A DNA stretch of 63,854 bases, filler included, from Folioceros fuciformis (taxonomy: Eukaryota), in assembly GCA_049999805.1 (NCBI GenBank). It is 6 parts of 6 records of this genome, joined end to end, with 100 filler letters (N's around TTAATTAATTAA, not from the genome) between each part and the next. Parts side by side here need not be neighbours in the genome. Positions count along the whole stretch, not along the records: positions 35,210 to 45,142 come from JBNGIO010002905.1; positions 45,243 to 57,605 come from JBNGIO010002909.1; 4 more parts are not named here. One strand, 5' to 3'. Under the pieces are notes generated by a model. It made no database searches, was not told the origin of the DNA, and saw nothing but the letters and a program-made list of their open reading frames with translations. Below are positions 38,201 to 51,652 of the stretch, in pieces. The position numbers and the translations under genes are program-made. Each line of letters opens with the position of its first letter. Within the stretch, counting starts at the first letter, position 1.

Positions 38201-41100
38201 GTATGCAGGCTTCACAGAAAATGGAGTTCTCAGACTTGAAGTGAAGGGGAGTCCGATACAAGGATGAAGCACGTAGGGTCCGGAGACGTTGGATGTGTAC
38301 ATGTCCTAGGCGGCAGTGCCACAGTTGCATCTCATTGGGAGAACTGGTGGCTGTAGCGTGAGCAGCTGGTGGCCTTAGCTACTGTATAGGATTACTCTTC
38401 AAGTTGAGCTGGTATAGGTCATTCTTGAGAGTACATGTAACCAATAACTGGTGTGGTGCAGCAGCCTCCCGCAGAGCAAGACCATCACGTGTCATCTCCA
38501 AGGTAAGAAGTGGAGGAGACACGCGTCTTAATGAGACTAGATTTTTAGCCATCTGTGGGACAAAGATGACATCTAACAGAGTGATGGTCTTGCCTTGTGC
38601 AGGGTGAAGGACGACTGTGCCAGTTTCCTCAATGCATAGCCCACTGTCATCACCTAAAAGTACAAAGTGTCCCTTAGGAGAAGACGTGAAAGTGGTAAAG
38701 GCTGTGCGAGTGTTACAGACATGCGTGGTGGCACTTGAGTCTAGATACCAGGCATGCCTGTCTTGAGAAGAGGAGACCATACACACTGTGAGGATGGCCC
38801 CTGTATTTTTCTTGGAGGATACGTGAGCAGATGGAGGGGCTTCTCGCTTAGGTTCACCATTCTGCTTCTTGCGGCATTCAGATTCTAAATGCCCTGGTAT
38901 TCTGCACCATGTGCAAAGGCCTCTCTTAGCAGTACTGGGCTTGGAGGCTGACCATGCAGGGCGAGGAGAGCCTGGTTTGTAAGGTGGGCGGTTGCCACCT
39001 TGAGCACGCTGTCCTCGTCCTCGGGAAACGAACATGGCTCGCGCAGGGTTACTGGAGGAGGAGCCTCGACCACGAGTGTGAGTAACCTCCTCGTTGAGTA
39101 GAGCACCAATGATATCTGAGAGTGTGATTGGTGATGGTGTGCCAGCAGCCACTGCTGCTTGAGCTGTCTGTATGTGTTGATTTTGAGTGCTCACGAAGCT
39201 GTTGTATTTTTCTGGTAGTGACATAAGGAGGGCCACTGCAGCTTGGAGTTCATCAACAGCAGTGCCAGCCGTTATCAATTTGGTACGTAACATCCTAAAG
39301 CGGCTGACATGATTCTCAACAGTATCACCATCTCGCATTCTCAGATTGTAAAAGGCATGTGTGGCATGAACCAGTGTTGTGACACTTTTCTTCTGGTGTA
39401 CTTGGCAGAGTGAGTCCTAGATTGCCTTCGAACTGTCTACCTCCCGGGCATGAGACATCATGCTTAAATCCAAAGCAGAGTGGATCACGTTTTGGGCGCG
39501 AAGATCCTTGAGTTTCCAGGCATGCTGGTCTGCTCGGCTTGCAGCAGTTGCACCTGTAGTAGGTGTTGCTGGAATTGGAGTTGCTCCAGTAACGAACTCC
39601 CAAAGTTCGAGCTCTTGAAGAATAGTACGTACTCGAATCATCCAGATATCGAAATGTTGGCCACTAAATCTATCTTTGTCTTTAAAGTCATACTTAAAAT
39701 TGTTGACTATGACGTTTGCAGGAGGATTAGTGGTACCCATGACAGTATACTGACTGAATTGCGTTTGACTTAGATCAAACAGTTGATCATGATAGAGTGA
39801 AGAAGAATGACTAGAGGCAGGTGAATTATGTGAGGACCTTGGTGTGGAGACCGAACTATCAGAAGAGGGAGACTGAGAGAAAATAACACCAGACGCTAGC
39901 GTGCCAGGAGTGCTGACTGAACTTGGTGCAAGATCTGGAAGGGTGTACTTGTCTGAGTAGTCAAAAGGATTTTCTGGAAGGACAGGTGCCTGTTCGAACC
40001 CAGAGATTGGTGACTCTTCAGATATCCCCTCAAATCCAGAAGTTGGTAGCGTTTCAGGTACTTCTTCAGATCCTACCCTCTCTGGGGACAGGTCCAGATC
40101 TTGAGCTTGAAGGTGAAGCTTCAGAGCTCGATCTTGGGTGTGAAGTTCCGGGTCTAGCAGGAATCCAGCGCGGTGGCCTCCTTGCAGGGCTTGGATCCCA
40201 AGGTTCCGACATATTCAACCACCATCTTCCTTGATTTCTCCTCAAGTGTCATGTGTGTCAAGAATGCGGCCACTTCTGAGATGACGTCGTCCTTGGATCT
40301 TCCTACAGGTAAAATGCAAGGAAGCTCTGAGGAGAAGTTTGGCACGGTTTGATGGAGGTTGATAAATACTGTTCTTTCTGGCTCAGTTTCCAATGACTGT
40401 GAGCTCCGCTGCTTGATCACTCCTTCCAGGTGCGCAACCTTTGTGAACAACGCATTCAGATCATGAGACAGATGTTTGGATCTGCAATTGATGTTGTCGA
40501 CTTTGTAGCGGAGGCGCTCCTCCTGAACCTCACGCATCCGCCGAAAATCGCACAGTGTTGTGTGTGTGTGACGGCGCTCCTCAGCAAGCAAATTGTGGAC
40601 AGTCTTCAACGCCGGCTCTGTCTAACCAGGCGTGGTTCTAGGTGCGCTCGCAGATGGGCGCAGGTGTGCACTTCTTCCACAAGTATTCCAAGAACTCACA
40701 GCTTGGTAGGTGCAGGGTGACGGACGTCCGCTACACTGGCTCTTTGTGGATTGAAGGTGCGCCTTGAGCGGCCATTGCGAGGCATTGCTTAGAATAGCAG
40801 TCCAGTCATTCACCTATCTTGTGCAGGCCTATGGACTGACTCCTGTGTGCAGGGATACCCGGTTATCATCACCTGTTTCCTAGTGTACATGAGAACGCTA
40901 AGAAAGACGTGTAGAAGATCTGGTGTTCCTACACAAGCTTGTTTCCTACAGTGGATTGAGTCTTACACACACAGTGAACTAGTTGCAGACCATGCTAGAA
41001 GTGTACTTGGCTGATCATACTGTGCAGGACAGAGACCGAGGTGACGATCTAGCAATTTGCAGACGCAGGTTCAACAGGGTGGCTCAATGTTCCTTGGTGC
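35210..41100 (-). mobile_element. Near full-length Ty1/copia (gag from 39740, PR, IN, RT, RH, PPT, start of 3' LTR at 35266) with a long 5' region
   Basis: CTWCRIPGHLESEC, WYLDSSATTH, LWHCRLGH..CEAC, HTDLCGP, RSDNGGEF, LYVDD, RH. PPT AGTGGGGGAGAGAT then TG. Few stops and frameshifts; 5' LTR not found. Confidence 0.95.
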
Positions 41101-41109
41101 CAGGTACGC

Positions 41110-44100
41110 AAATGCTACACATAGTAGTGATTGACGACCTTCGCTAAGAAGTCTGTGTTTGGATTTCCAAGCCTTTGCCCGTCACAAGGGAGGTTTGGCG
41201 GCTCATATGTGTCACCCAGATACTGTGCACCTTCCGTTCCCATGTTTCAACCACTACTCCTATCAGCTGGAAGCAGGGGGGGGGGAGCACGCACTTGTCA
41301 GGTCTACACTTGCTGCTTCCAAGCTGGATCCTAGCCCGGATGCTGGAGGCCTGCCTAAGCCACCTTTAAACGTAAGGAATTTCATTTGGACGATGGGTCC
41401 TCATTTGGATGAAGGACAATGACGTCAATTGAAGGCGTTGATCCTGCAGTATGCTGATTGCTTCGCATTTAGCACGCAGGAGTTGAAGAGGTGTAATGTA
41501 ATGACGTTCAAGATCAAGCTGAATACCCCAAAACCGGTTTTCAGACGGAGATATCGGCTGAGCCAGTCTGAGTGGGACATTGTGGAGATGAGTTGTACAA
41601 GGCAGGGCTTATCCGCCCTTCAAACTCGGATTTCGCAGCTGCCACGGTGCTCCCACCCAAGAAGGACAGTCAAGGGCTCTGGACGAAGAAGCGTATGTGC
41701 AGAGACTACCGGCCCTTGAACGCTATGACCACCACTGACAGGTATCCCATGCCTACTTGTGAAGAGATGTTTGATCGGATTGGACAGTCAGTCTTCTTTT
41801 CCACATTGGATCTACGGCAAGGATTCAATCAGGTACCAGTGGCGGAAGAGGACGTACATAAGACTGCCTTCCATGGAGCGGATCAATTGTGGGAGTGGTT
41901 GGTTAGGCCATTCGGGTTTAAAAATGTGCCAGTTACATTTCAGAGGGTGATGGACAAGGTACTGGCTGGGGCACCACATCTGCTTTGTTACATAGATGAT
42001 GTGTTGGTTCACAGCACTGATTTTGAGACTCACCTGCTACACCTGGAGGACTTGTTTAGGAGGTTGCGAAAGGCTTCGTTAACTTGTCATCCCGCCAAGT
42101 GTGAGTTTGCCATGGATACAGTGGCTTACTTGTGACACAGGATCTTACCAAATGGCATCATGCCACATGCTGCGAAGGTTCAGGCCATACAACAGATTCT
42201 TGTCCCTACTGGTGTGTCAGCGCTCAGGGCGTTTTTGGGGCTATGCAACTACTATCGAACCTACATCCAGGCTTTCAGCAGTATTGCAAAGCCACTGAAT
42301 GATCTCTTACGCAAGGACGTGGAATGGCACTGGGCAGAAGCATAATAGGAAGCCTTTAGCCTGCTGAAGGACAAGTTGATGGACATGCCTATCATGGCCA
42401 GGCCAAACTTCAGTTGGCCATTCTAGCTACACATTGATTGGAGCAACTTAGGACTGGGGGCGGTGCTGGCTCAACAGGATGAGGAGGGCCACGAGAGAGT
42501 CATCGCCTATGCCTCAAGGAGCAATAATCGGGCAGAAGCGAACTACTCGAGTTATGAGGGTGAGCTGTTGGTTGTAGTGTGGGCTGTGTGCCACTTTAGA
42601 CCCTACTTGTATAGTAGGACGTTCACACTTGTTACAGATCATCAGCCACTTCACTGGCTAATGACTAACACTAAGTTGAACGGTAAGTTAGCCCGGTGGT
42701 CAATGACCTTATAGGATTACATCTTTGAAGTGGTGCATCGACCAGGGATGCGACATCAGAATGCTGATGTTTTGTCTATTGACGAGACTGAAGCGCGACA
42801 AGATGAGGAGGACGAGCCTCCGGGCAGGGCAGTGCTGGTGTGCATGCTGAGCGTGTTGCCATGCCGTTTGGTTGATAGCACCCAATCTCGAAGAGATATT
42901 TGGGAAGATGAGTCGACCCTGCAGTATGTGAAAACTGGCCAGCTGAAGTTCGAGTTAGATGCCTCACAAGGGGAAAGGATTCAGCAGGGGGCTGCACGCT
43001 ATGAATGGAGAGATGGCCACCTGTTGTGGAAATTGGTGAATGGAGCAGAAAGGCTAGTGCCACCACCACAGGATAGAGTTGGAATCATTCAACGAGTCCA
43101 TGAGGACCTGGGGCATTACGGGGTAAAGAGAACTTACAGTTTGCTGTTGCCTCACTTCCATTGGAATGGAATGTATACTCAAGTACGTGACGAAGTGGGC
43201 AAGTGTGCTCAGCGTGATTGTGTGAAGACTTTGTTCAGCAACCCACACTCACAATTGCATCCACTGCCCATTATGGGTTTGTTCTTCCGGTGGTCATGTG
43301 ACTTGGCAGGAGAGTTTCCCCGAACACCCAGGGGAAATGTGTACATCATTGTGATGGTGGAGCATTTCTCCAAGTGGCTGGAACTGGCAGCTCTCCTAGA
43401 CAAGACATCCCGTAGTACGTCACAGGCGTTCCTACACAACGTACTCAGCAGGTTTGGAAGCAATGCAGAATGTTTGACTGACCAAGGAGCGGAATTTAGA
43501 GGAGAATTCTAGGATTTGTTGGATGCTGCCTTAATAGATCATAGGCGCACCAGCCGGGACCACCAACAAGCGGACGGACTCGCGTAGAGAATGGTCCAGA
43601 CCATCAAGCAAGCTCTGCGAAAACTGTGCCTCACTAAGCCCAAGACGGAGTGGGACATGCAGCTGTCCTACATCGCCATGGGATATCGGATGAGCCGTCA
43701 TGTAGCTTTGGCGAGCTTTTCGCCTTACTTTTTGCTATTTGGATAGGAGCCAGTACCTCCCGTAGCCATTGAGAAGCAGATGTAGGAAGTCCTGGACCTG
43801 GACAGTCCAGCGACGTGGGCAAGGGCCATAGGAGAACGCGCAGCACTATTCAGAAGGGTCATGCCAATGGCCATGGCTAACTTGCGGATCGCGCAACACC
43901 GTGACACTCTCAGATATGCTTACACACGAAGTGGCAGCTTCCGACCTAAGGTGCGTAAATTCCAGTTTGGCGACTATGTGTATCTACAATGCCAAACGCA
44001 GGATACACTAGAGCCAAGCACAAGTAGGCACGTTTTACGAGTGAAGGAAGTCCAGAGCAATGGCGTGTTGGTCTTGGAGGGGGCAGACGGGCGCACAATT

Positions 44101-44440
44101 ACAGATCACATGAAGAATTGCGCCCCCTGTCACTTGCCCAACTTGGATCCAACGATCATAACTGCAAACTGGGTTCCCCTGGTGGACTACCCCTTTCAAA
44201 TTTGTCAAAGGATCGATGATCCAAAACTAATGTTGCTGTGTGATCATTGTAATGGTGGGTTTCATTTGTTTCGCTTATAGCCGCCACTGACTGAAGTGCC
44301 CGACAATGTGTGGTTCTACCCTCGATGCAGTGGACAAGCAGAGCGGGGACACTCTTCTACCTAAAGGGTAAGTTGCTTCAGGTAAGCTCATTGAACACAA
44401 CTCATGCAGCTGTGGTCTCCCTGGCACCCAGCTAGGGGGG
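41110..44440 (+). mobile_element. Ty3/gypsy pol (RT, RH, IN) with C-terminal PHD finger, degenerate
   Basis: DYRPLN, LDLRQGFNQ, YIDD, FLGLCNYYR, IAYASR, TDHQPL, HEDLGH, TDQGAEF, followed by a PHD-like segment at 44194-44328. Confidence 0.92.
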
Positions 44441-44480
44441 GGAATTAGGATAAATCCATTTTTCTTCATTGTCACTGCTT

Positions 44481-45142
44481 TTGTGAGGACGCTATGAGAA
44501 CACTACCAGCCAGTGGGCAACATCTGAGGATGCTAGGAAGCTGAGCTGAATGCTCAGTCTTGGTATGTAGGCAGATAGGAGGTGTGTGAGCTGCTGATCA
44601 GTGCACCTGTTATAGGAATAGGATGCACACTAACAATTTCACGACAGTTGTCAGGACGTGCTAAGCTGTGCTGGCTGTTAGCTTAATAGTTCGTTAAGCT
44701 AGGTTGGCTGTTAGTTTAGAAGTTCATTAAGTTGTGAGAGTAGGGTTAGCTGACAGGCATGCTTAAGCCAATACATACTGTACTAGCAAGCAACTGCAAG
44801 GTGGCCTTCACGCTTGAGTAGCGAGGTAGAGGAGTGGTCGAACCAACCTGAACACGTGAAGACACATTGGAGCGTGGACGAGCCACTGAAGAGAAGTGCA
44901 ACACTGGTGTGAAGCACGTGGATGGAGGGGAGAACATCATGAAGGCGAGTGGCGACGAAGCAGGTAAGTGCATAGCAGTAGAGGAGAAACCTTAGTTGTG
45001 AGAAGTCTTTTCCTAATGAGTAGGCTGGCAAGCTAGCGCCGTAGAGGTTCTCCTGACGGGGCTGATGGGAACTTGTATGCAAGTATTTGGTGTCATGACC
45101 CTTTGTGCTCTTAGGAGCTGAACAATTAATGTCAGCACGAAC
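44481..45142. repeat. Probable LTR sequence of an unidentified family
   Basis: Non-coding, starts TGTGAGG, has LTR-like GTTAG-rich repeats, abuts a gap. No second copy in the window. Confidence 0.35.
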
Positions 45143-45242
45143 NNNNNNNNNNNNNNNNNNNNNNNNNNNNNNNNNNNNNNNNNNNNTTAATTAATTAANN
45201 NNNNNNNNNNNNNNNNNNNNNNNNNNNNNNNNNNNNNNNNNN

Positions 45243-46480
45243 GTTGCTGCACAAATGAAGATGCAAGTACACCAAATGGACGTGCAAACTGCCTTTCTAA
45301 ATGGTATCCTAGAAGAAGAGGTGTACATGGAGCAGCGCGAGGGCTACATCAGTAAAACACATCCAAATCATTTCTGCAAGCTACAGAAAACTCTGTACTT
45401 TCTGAAGCAGTCACCAAGAGCCTGGTACAATCGCATCCATCAGTATTTGATCAAGTCAGATTTCGTGCAATCTCCAGCAGATGGAAATGTCTATACCTTG
45501 AGAGAAGCGGATGCGGTTGCTTACCTTGCCTTGTACGTTGATGATACGCTGATTTTTGCAAGTGCACCAAAGATAATGCAGAGAGTGAAGGACATTTTGT
45601 CCTCGGAATTCAAAATGACAGATCTGGGCATGGTCAAATTCTTTTTGGGAGTGCAGGCAGTCGTCAACCTTGTTGACTCCAGCATTTTCATCCACCAAGA
45701 GCATTACGTGTATAGACTCCTGGACAAGTTTGGAATGAAGGATTGCAAGCCTGTTAGCACACCTCTCGCAGTGGGAGATTTTTCTTCAGTGGACCAAGCA
45801 CCTGCAACTGACAAAGAGAGGCAGGAGATGTCAGGCATACCTTATGGAGAGCTAGCAGGATGCCTAGTCTGGCTGAGTGGATGGACAAGACCGGAGCTCG
45901 CCCTCTCTTCTCACAACATCTCTAAGCATATTGCAAATCCTGGACAACAACACTGGACGAGGGCGAAGAGGGCTTTGCGATACCTGAAGTTGCATCCCAA
46001 GCTCGGTCTCCTCTACAAGCATCAGCCAGGCAAGATCCCACCTTCCTTAAGCTGCTTTACTGATGCGGACTGGGCAGGCGACAAGGATACCCGCAAATCT
46101 GTCACAGCGTACTGCTTGATCTTTAGTGGGAGCACAATCTCTTGGGCATGTAAAAGACAGCAGATTGTGGCACTGTCTTCTACCGAGGCAGAGTACATAG
46201 CAGCAACCTCGGCCACACAAGAAGTAATACATGCAAGAGCTCTGTTGGACTCCATCGGCATGAAACAACTTGAGCCAACAATCATCTTCTGTGACAATCA
46301 GTCCGCCATCGCCTTGTCTTGGAATCCAGTTATGGACGCACGCACAAGGCACATAGACGTTAGATTTCATTTTATTAGGCAAGCAATAGCAGAAAGACAG
46401 ATCTATCTAGAGTATATTCCTACAGATGAGAACACAGCTAACATATTTACAAAGCCATTCTCACGAGATAAACACGACAG
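45243..46480 (+). mobile_element. Ty1/copia RT-RNase H fragment
   Basis: HQMDVQTAFLNG, LYVDD, FTDADWAGD, SSTEAEY, CDNQSAI, TRHIDVRFHFIR. Confidence 0.95.
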
Positions 46481-48129
46481 TAGCATCATAAGAGCTAAAC
46501 CATTCCCTATGCGGAGTAACATGGAAAGATGCTCCAACTTCAATTATCCAATTAGAGAATAAGTGACTCTCCACGGCTATCAGTTGTGCAGAATCGAAGG
46601 AAGAAGAAATAAGAACATCTCCATCGTCAACAGAATTCACCTCGTCAGGCTTGATACTCGAGCTTGCCTTATTGTTGCTCTGCTTCTTCTCCTTTCCTTT
46701 ATCCTTCTTGAACTTCTCGCAGTCCCTTTTGATGTGACCCTTCTGTGACAATGGTAACACTCAACATTGTTACGACTACGAGATTTGCTACGAGAAAGAC
46801 TTCGCTCCCTGTACTTCCCCTTTGAAGTGGACCTTCCTCTCACCATAAGGGCATTGTAATCTTTCGAAGGTTCCATATTCTTCCTGTTCACCTCCTCTGT
46901 TATTAGACTACCTTCTACATTTACAACGGTAAGACCACTGGCAGGAGCGGAATTACTCAGAGCTGTACGAAACATGTCCCAGCTCTCTGGTAATGTGACC
47001 AACAAAAACATAGCTCTCACGGAATGTGGGAACGAGATACCTTGACATGAGAGCTGGCTGAAAATGGTATTGAACTCATTCAGATAATCAGACATCCTCG
47101 TCCCTTCCTTCATCTTCAAGTCTACTAGCTGTTTCAACCAGTACAACTGAGAAGCCGCACTTTGCTTCTCATACAAGTCACACAACTTCTGCCATAGCTC
47201 GAAACTTGTGGTCTTGTCTTTCACGTTGAAGTAGACCGACTTCGACAATGTTAGCATGATGGTAGACCTAGCAAGTTCATCTAGATCCTGCCACTCATCC
47301 TGAGTCATGCTAACAGGTTTCACTCCTAGCAACTTTATCAGCTTGATCTACTTCTTCTGTACTAGAACATTATACACTTGTTCTTTCCAGAACGGGAAGT
47401 TAGTACCATCTAACTTCTTGAGATTGAACATGACGTTTTCTGAGGATGTCATGATTCAAAAATCGATGCAAATCAAGCAAAATGCTAGTTAGAAACTGTC
47501 GGAATGTAGATTTTGCTACCCTCAATCTCGTTCCGATCGACTCTCCACAAGCTAACCCGACGGGCCTGAATCCTCTGACTAAGATTCGATTCCGCCTCGT
47601 GGCCGGGATCCCAACTAGCTTGTGCCTTCGCCCTCAGCGTCGATGCTCCAGCGCCTGTCAGCCAGGTCCTCACCCGTCGGCGCTGCTAGCACCCGCCGAC
47701 CGGGTCCGTGCTGCTAGCGCTCCGCCTAGATGCCCTTACGGCCTTGTGCCTCTGTCTGCATCACTTGCAACCAACACCATCTTTGCATCACCTGCAGCCA
47801 ACACCATCTTTGCTCCACACCAAGCTCTAATACCACTTGAAGGACCGCTAGAGGAGCCACATGGTGAAGGAGGAGAGGAGGAGGCAAAGAGAAGAGGAGA
47901 AAAGAGAGGTCACACTCTCACACAAAGTCTCAATAGCAAGGGAGCTCAAGGGGGTATTTATACCCTCTAGAAAAGCTCCCTATGAAGCTTCACAAGAAGC
48001 GCACAGGAAGCTCAGCAAGAAGCTTCCTACAAATTAGCTTAAGCTAATCTAAACTAATGGTACTTAACTAGACACTAATCTTAGACTAAACACATTAGTC
48101 TAAGCAGATTGGGCTTTATTAACCCTACA
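46481..48129 (-). mobile_element. Ty1/copia 5' fragment: LTR family B 47838-48129, PBS 47824-47835, gag, start of protease
   Basis: TGTAGGG...TCCTTCA LTR; PBS TGGTATTAGAGC; gag LVDLKMKEG..LPESWD, CYHC..KGHIKRDC, WIIEVGASFHVTP. Confidence 0.9.
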
Positions 48130-51100
48130 TATAGTACAAATATTAGCTCATCTTGGCTAATCTTCATCGTTTTGTCTCATGATCTAAATCGTAAACAAGC
48201 AGTGAGAACCACTAACATGTTTTGTAACTTAAGATGTTTGGCTCAAGTTTGACTTTAAGTATAGATAATACTCAGCGCACTCTATCATGGCATGTCATCA
48301 AGAGCAAGAGTAGTCTTAAGAATAATGAATGAAAAACTAATTTGTGCATCAGAATTTAAGCATGTTGTACAAAAATCCTCAACATTTATATTCCAATCCG
48401 AGTTAATAATGATATTATTGCCTTGAAATCTTAGATAAAAAAAAAATTAAGTTACAGTAAATAGATTTATGTTTATGTAAAAATCCTAAACTTTCAACAT
48501 GATTATTCTTTGAGGATGTTTCGGTATGGAAAAACCTCCGAGTGCTAAAAACCACATTTTCCCCAAATGCTACTTTGACACATTTTTCAAAGGGCATATT
48601 GCAATGGACTTGCTACTTTGAGTTGGAATCACTTTAGCTATTGCAGATGTATTGCACTTCATCTATCTCATATTTAAGGCCAATGGTGTGGGGGTTGTGA
48701 TATTCAGATGTTGTTGAGATATGAGGGAGTACTCGGGCACACATGCCCATGGAATATTGGTGTTTTAGTTCAAGTTATGTTGCATCTAAGCCTGTGCAGC
48801 CTTATGTGCTACCTTAGCAACTCGTAATGCTCAAAGCCCATTGTCTACATGCTCCAAGTCCGAGCAATCTACAGCCCAATAGGACTTGGACTTCACCCAC
48901 CTTAGTGAGAGAGCTACAATGGTTGCACCCACGATAAGAAAGGGGGGTGTTTGTATTGCTTTTTTGTAGCAATGCTTGTACTATCCTCTACAGTGCTACA
49001 AACAAAAGCTTGTAACACCTGCTGATTATTCTGTACGTTTAAATGCTGTCCATACTAAATCTGGTTTCAGGTATGAATAATTGTCCTCAATAATCATCTT
49101 TCGTTTCTCCTTTTTCCAATCTTCTGTCTTAATGGAAATTAGTGTACTTGTAGACGTGGACGTGGACGCTCTCTGCTCGAAGGGTTGAGCTGGGCACACT
49201 GGGCACATTGGGCACTATGTGCTTTAGTCGCCAAGTTCACTCGATGGAGCAAGTTGCCGGAAGCCGGAGACCCATAGCGGCATATTCGGCTCAGCAGGCT
49301 TAAAATAAATTTGGGAGTTTGTTAAACTCCAAGCTCGTTGCTTCACGTAGTGGCAGCGGCGGGCACGTCGTGGTGTCACTTGTCCACGCCTCTACCAGGC
49401 TGACGGTGATGTCTGCCTAGGCGACAGAGCATGGAGAAGTTTCACAGGCACCAACAGAGAAATGTGCCAAATAGCTGGAGTGCAAAGCTGCAAAAAGTGG
49501 CACGCATTCTGCTCTCAGTCTGCTCTTCCCAAGTGGAACTGTGCCCTTCCAGTTTGCAAGCTGCTTTGACCTAGATCTTGACGTCCTGAGCGCACGCAGC
49601 GTGAGAATTCTGATTTCCCAAACTTTGCATCATCTGCAAGCCACTGTAATGCTCGAGAAGGAGCAGAAACAAAAGCGTGCCATGCATTTGCTGGTTGCTG
49701 GCGTGGGGATTGACCTCCGTCACGCTCACTGCCTTACCAATCACGTTGATTTACTGTTAGCCTCAGTGATCCCGCATTGGTCTTTCGGACTTGCTTCCCG
49801 AACTTCTGTCGACACAACAACAGTAAGCGCGGATTTTCAAGGGCTACGAATTCGTTCCTGGCTTCATCCAACTGTCTGCGATGCAGCTTGCTCACAACCC
49901 GAGAGAGAGCCGATCGAGAGGGCTGCCATGTTGATGTATTTCCTTGGAAACCATCTACCTAGTCATTCTTAGGTCACGGTGTGACAAGAACAAGGGAACA
50001 GGACAAGGAATAGACGTATGGATCGATCGAAAGCAACTCAGATTCCGTACGTGGATGATGCCGAAAGTAGGTGAAGGCGAAGATTCTGAACTATCTTAAG
50101 CGCTCTCCTGTGAGGTTTCTTCTTTGATTTGCTAGGATGTCGTTACATACGGGAAATTTTGCATTGTGGTGTCTGCGCAAGGATCGAAACTGGAATGTTG
50201 ACGTCTGTGAATCGAATCGTAAGTTGTGTTATACAGTGAGAAGACTCGGAGCAGTGTCTTCACGGAGGCTGACGTGCCGCTGAATTGATGCGGAAGGCGC
50301 GTCTCTCGAAAAGAATCATGTTGGACTCTAGCTGCATTGAGTATCCCGTCCTGTCTCGAAGCATTTGCCCTGCAGTGTGTGCCATCTGGCAGTTGCAACT
50401 ATGTCAACTGGCGCGGCTATGTTCGGAACCGACTTAGAGAAGGTGTCGCACATCTACGGCCGTAGCACAACAGCTATTATGGAGGCAAACTGTTTTCTCG
50501 ATAAAACATGTGAGAGAATCTGCAGTCGACATTTTGTCCTGATGAGGTAGTCTGGGCTCTGTGGATGGAGATTCCGCAGAGGCACGTTCAGGTGTTCTTA
50601 GCTGTGCACCCTGCCTGTGGATTCCTCCAGCTTGTGGTGCTGAAAGCTGATGCCTCTCAGCCAACGAGGTCTTGGACTTAGGATCTCAGTAACCACTGTT
50701 GTTCTCTGTTTCCAGGACGGCAATTTCCCGTTTGCACAAGCTGTCCGCGTTCTCGGAGGTGGATTGAGAATCGTGTACCGAGCAGTGTGAACATATTCGG
50801 ATGGCTGTAAAATCATGGAGCTGCAACCGGGCTATATGAGGGGGTTGTTCATGTGAGGTGTCAGGAAGATGATGTCCTGGAGGTTGTTCACAATGGCGTG
50901 AGTCGGCCTGTCGCTTTTTGCATTTTCAAAACAAGACTTCTAAGAATGCTTCTTTGGTTTGGGTTGTGTCACGTAAGCGGTGGCAAATCGATTTATCAAG
51001 GATTGAGTAAGACGAGAGAGACCAGCCACATGCTCCCTGCTAGAAATGTGCGCTCTCCTTCCTCACATCCTCTGCTTACCTCCCCTTCCTACCTTTGAGA

Positions 51101-51652
51101 AGATTCTCGTTCTCACATCGGGCAAACGGGTCAATGTTTCCCACCTGTGTCGCATGATGTACAGGGAATATCACAGATTGGAGCAGGTGATTGCAGGAGG
51201 CAATGGGCTAGCTCACACAGACCCTAAACCCTACACTCCACGGAACGAGTTCTCATTATGAATTGCTCTTATGCCAGTGGTCACTTCGGCATACAGTTAT
51301 CATTCCCGCACAGCCATCACGGCGTAAACATGTGTGTGTGGGAGAAGTCTGTGGCCCAGTATTATCTGGACTTCTACATTAAGGCAACATGAAACACTGT
51401 AGTTGGAACGACGACCTTAAATTTGGAAGAGCTCTTACTGCTTTCGTCCTGGGAAAAACCAGATAAAAGAAGAGTAGTCTGAATCACGGCCATCGTCGGC
51501 TTCGACCTGGAATCGTTCTCATCTTATCTCCCATTCCGTGCCAAAAGTAAGAACTTCGACACGTACACTTATAAGATACACCGTCCGAGGCAACAAAAAA
51601 TTCGAGTACTTCCAACACACGTCGAACGCTGTGCAGACTCACGTCATGCGGC

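Noticed and set aside
49200-51600. Short ORFs and C/D-box-like words downstream of the AlkB end
   Set aside because: No recognisable domain, splice pattern or correctly spaced snoRNA boxes.
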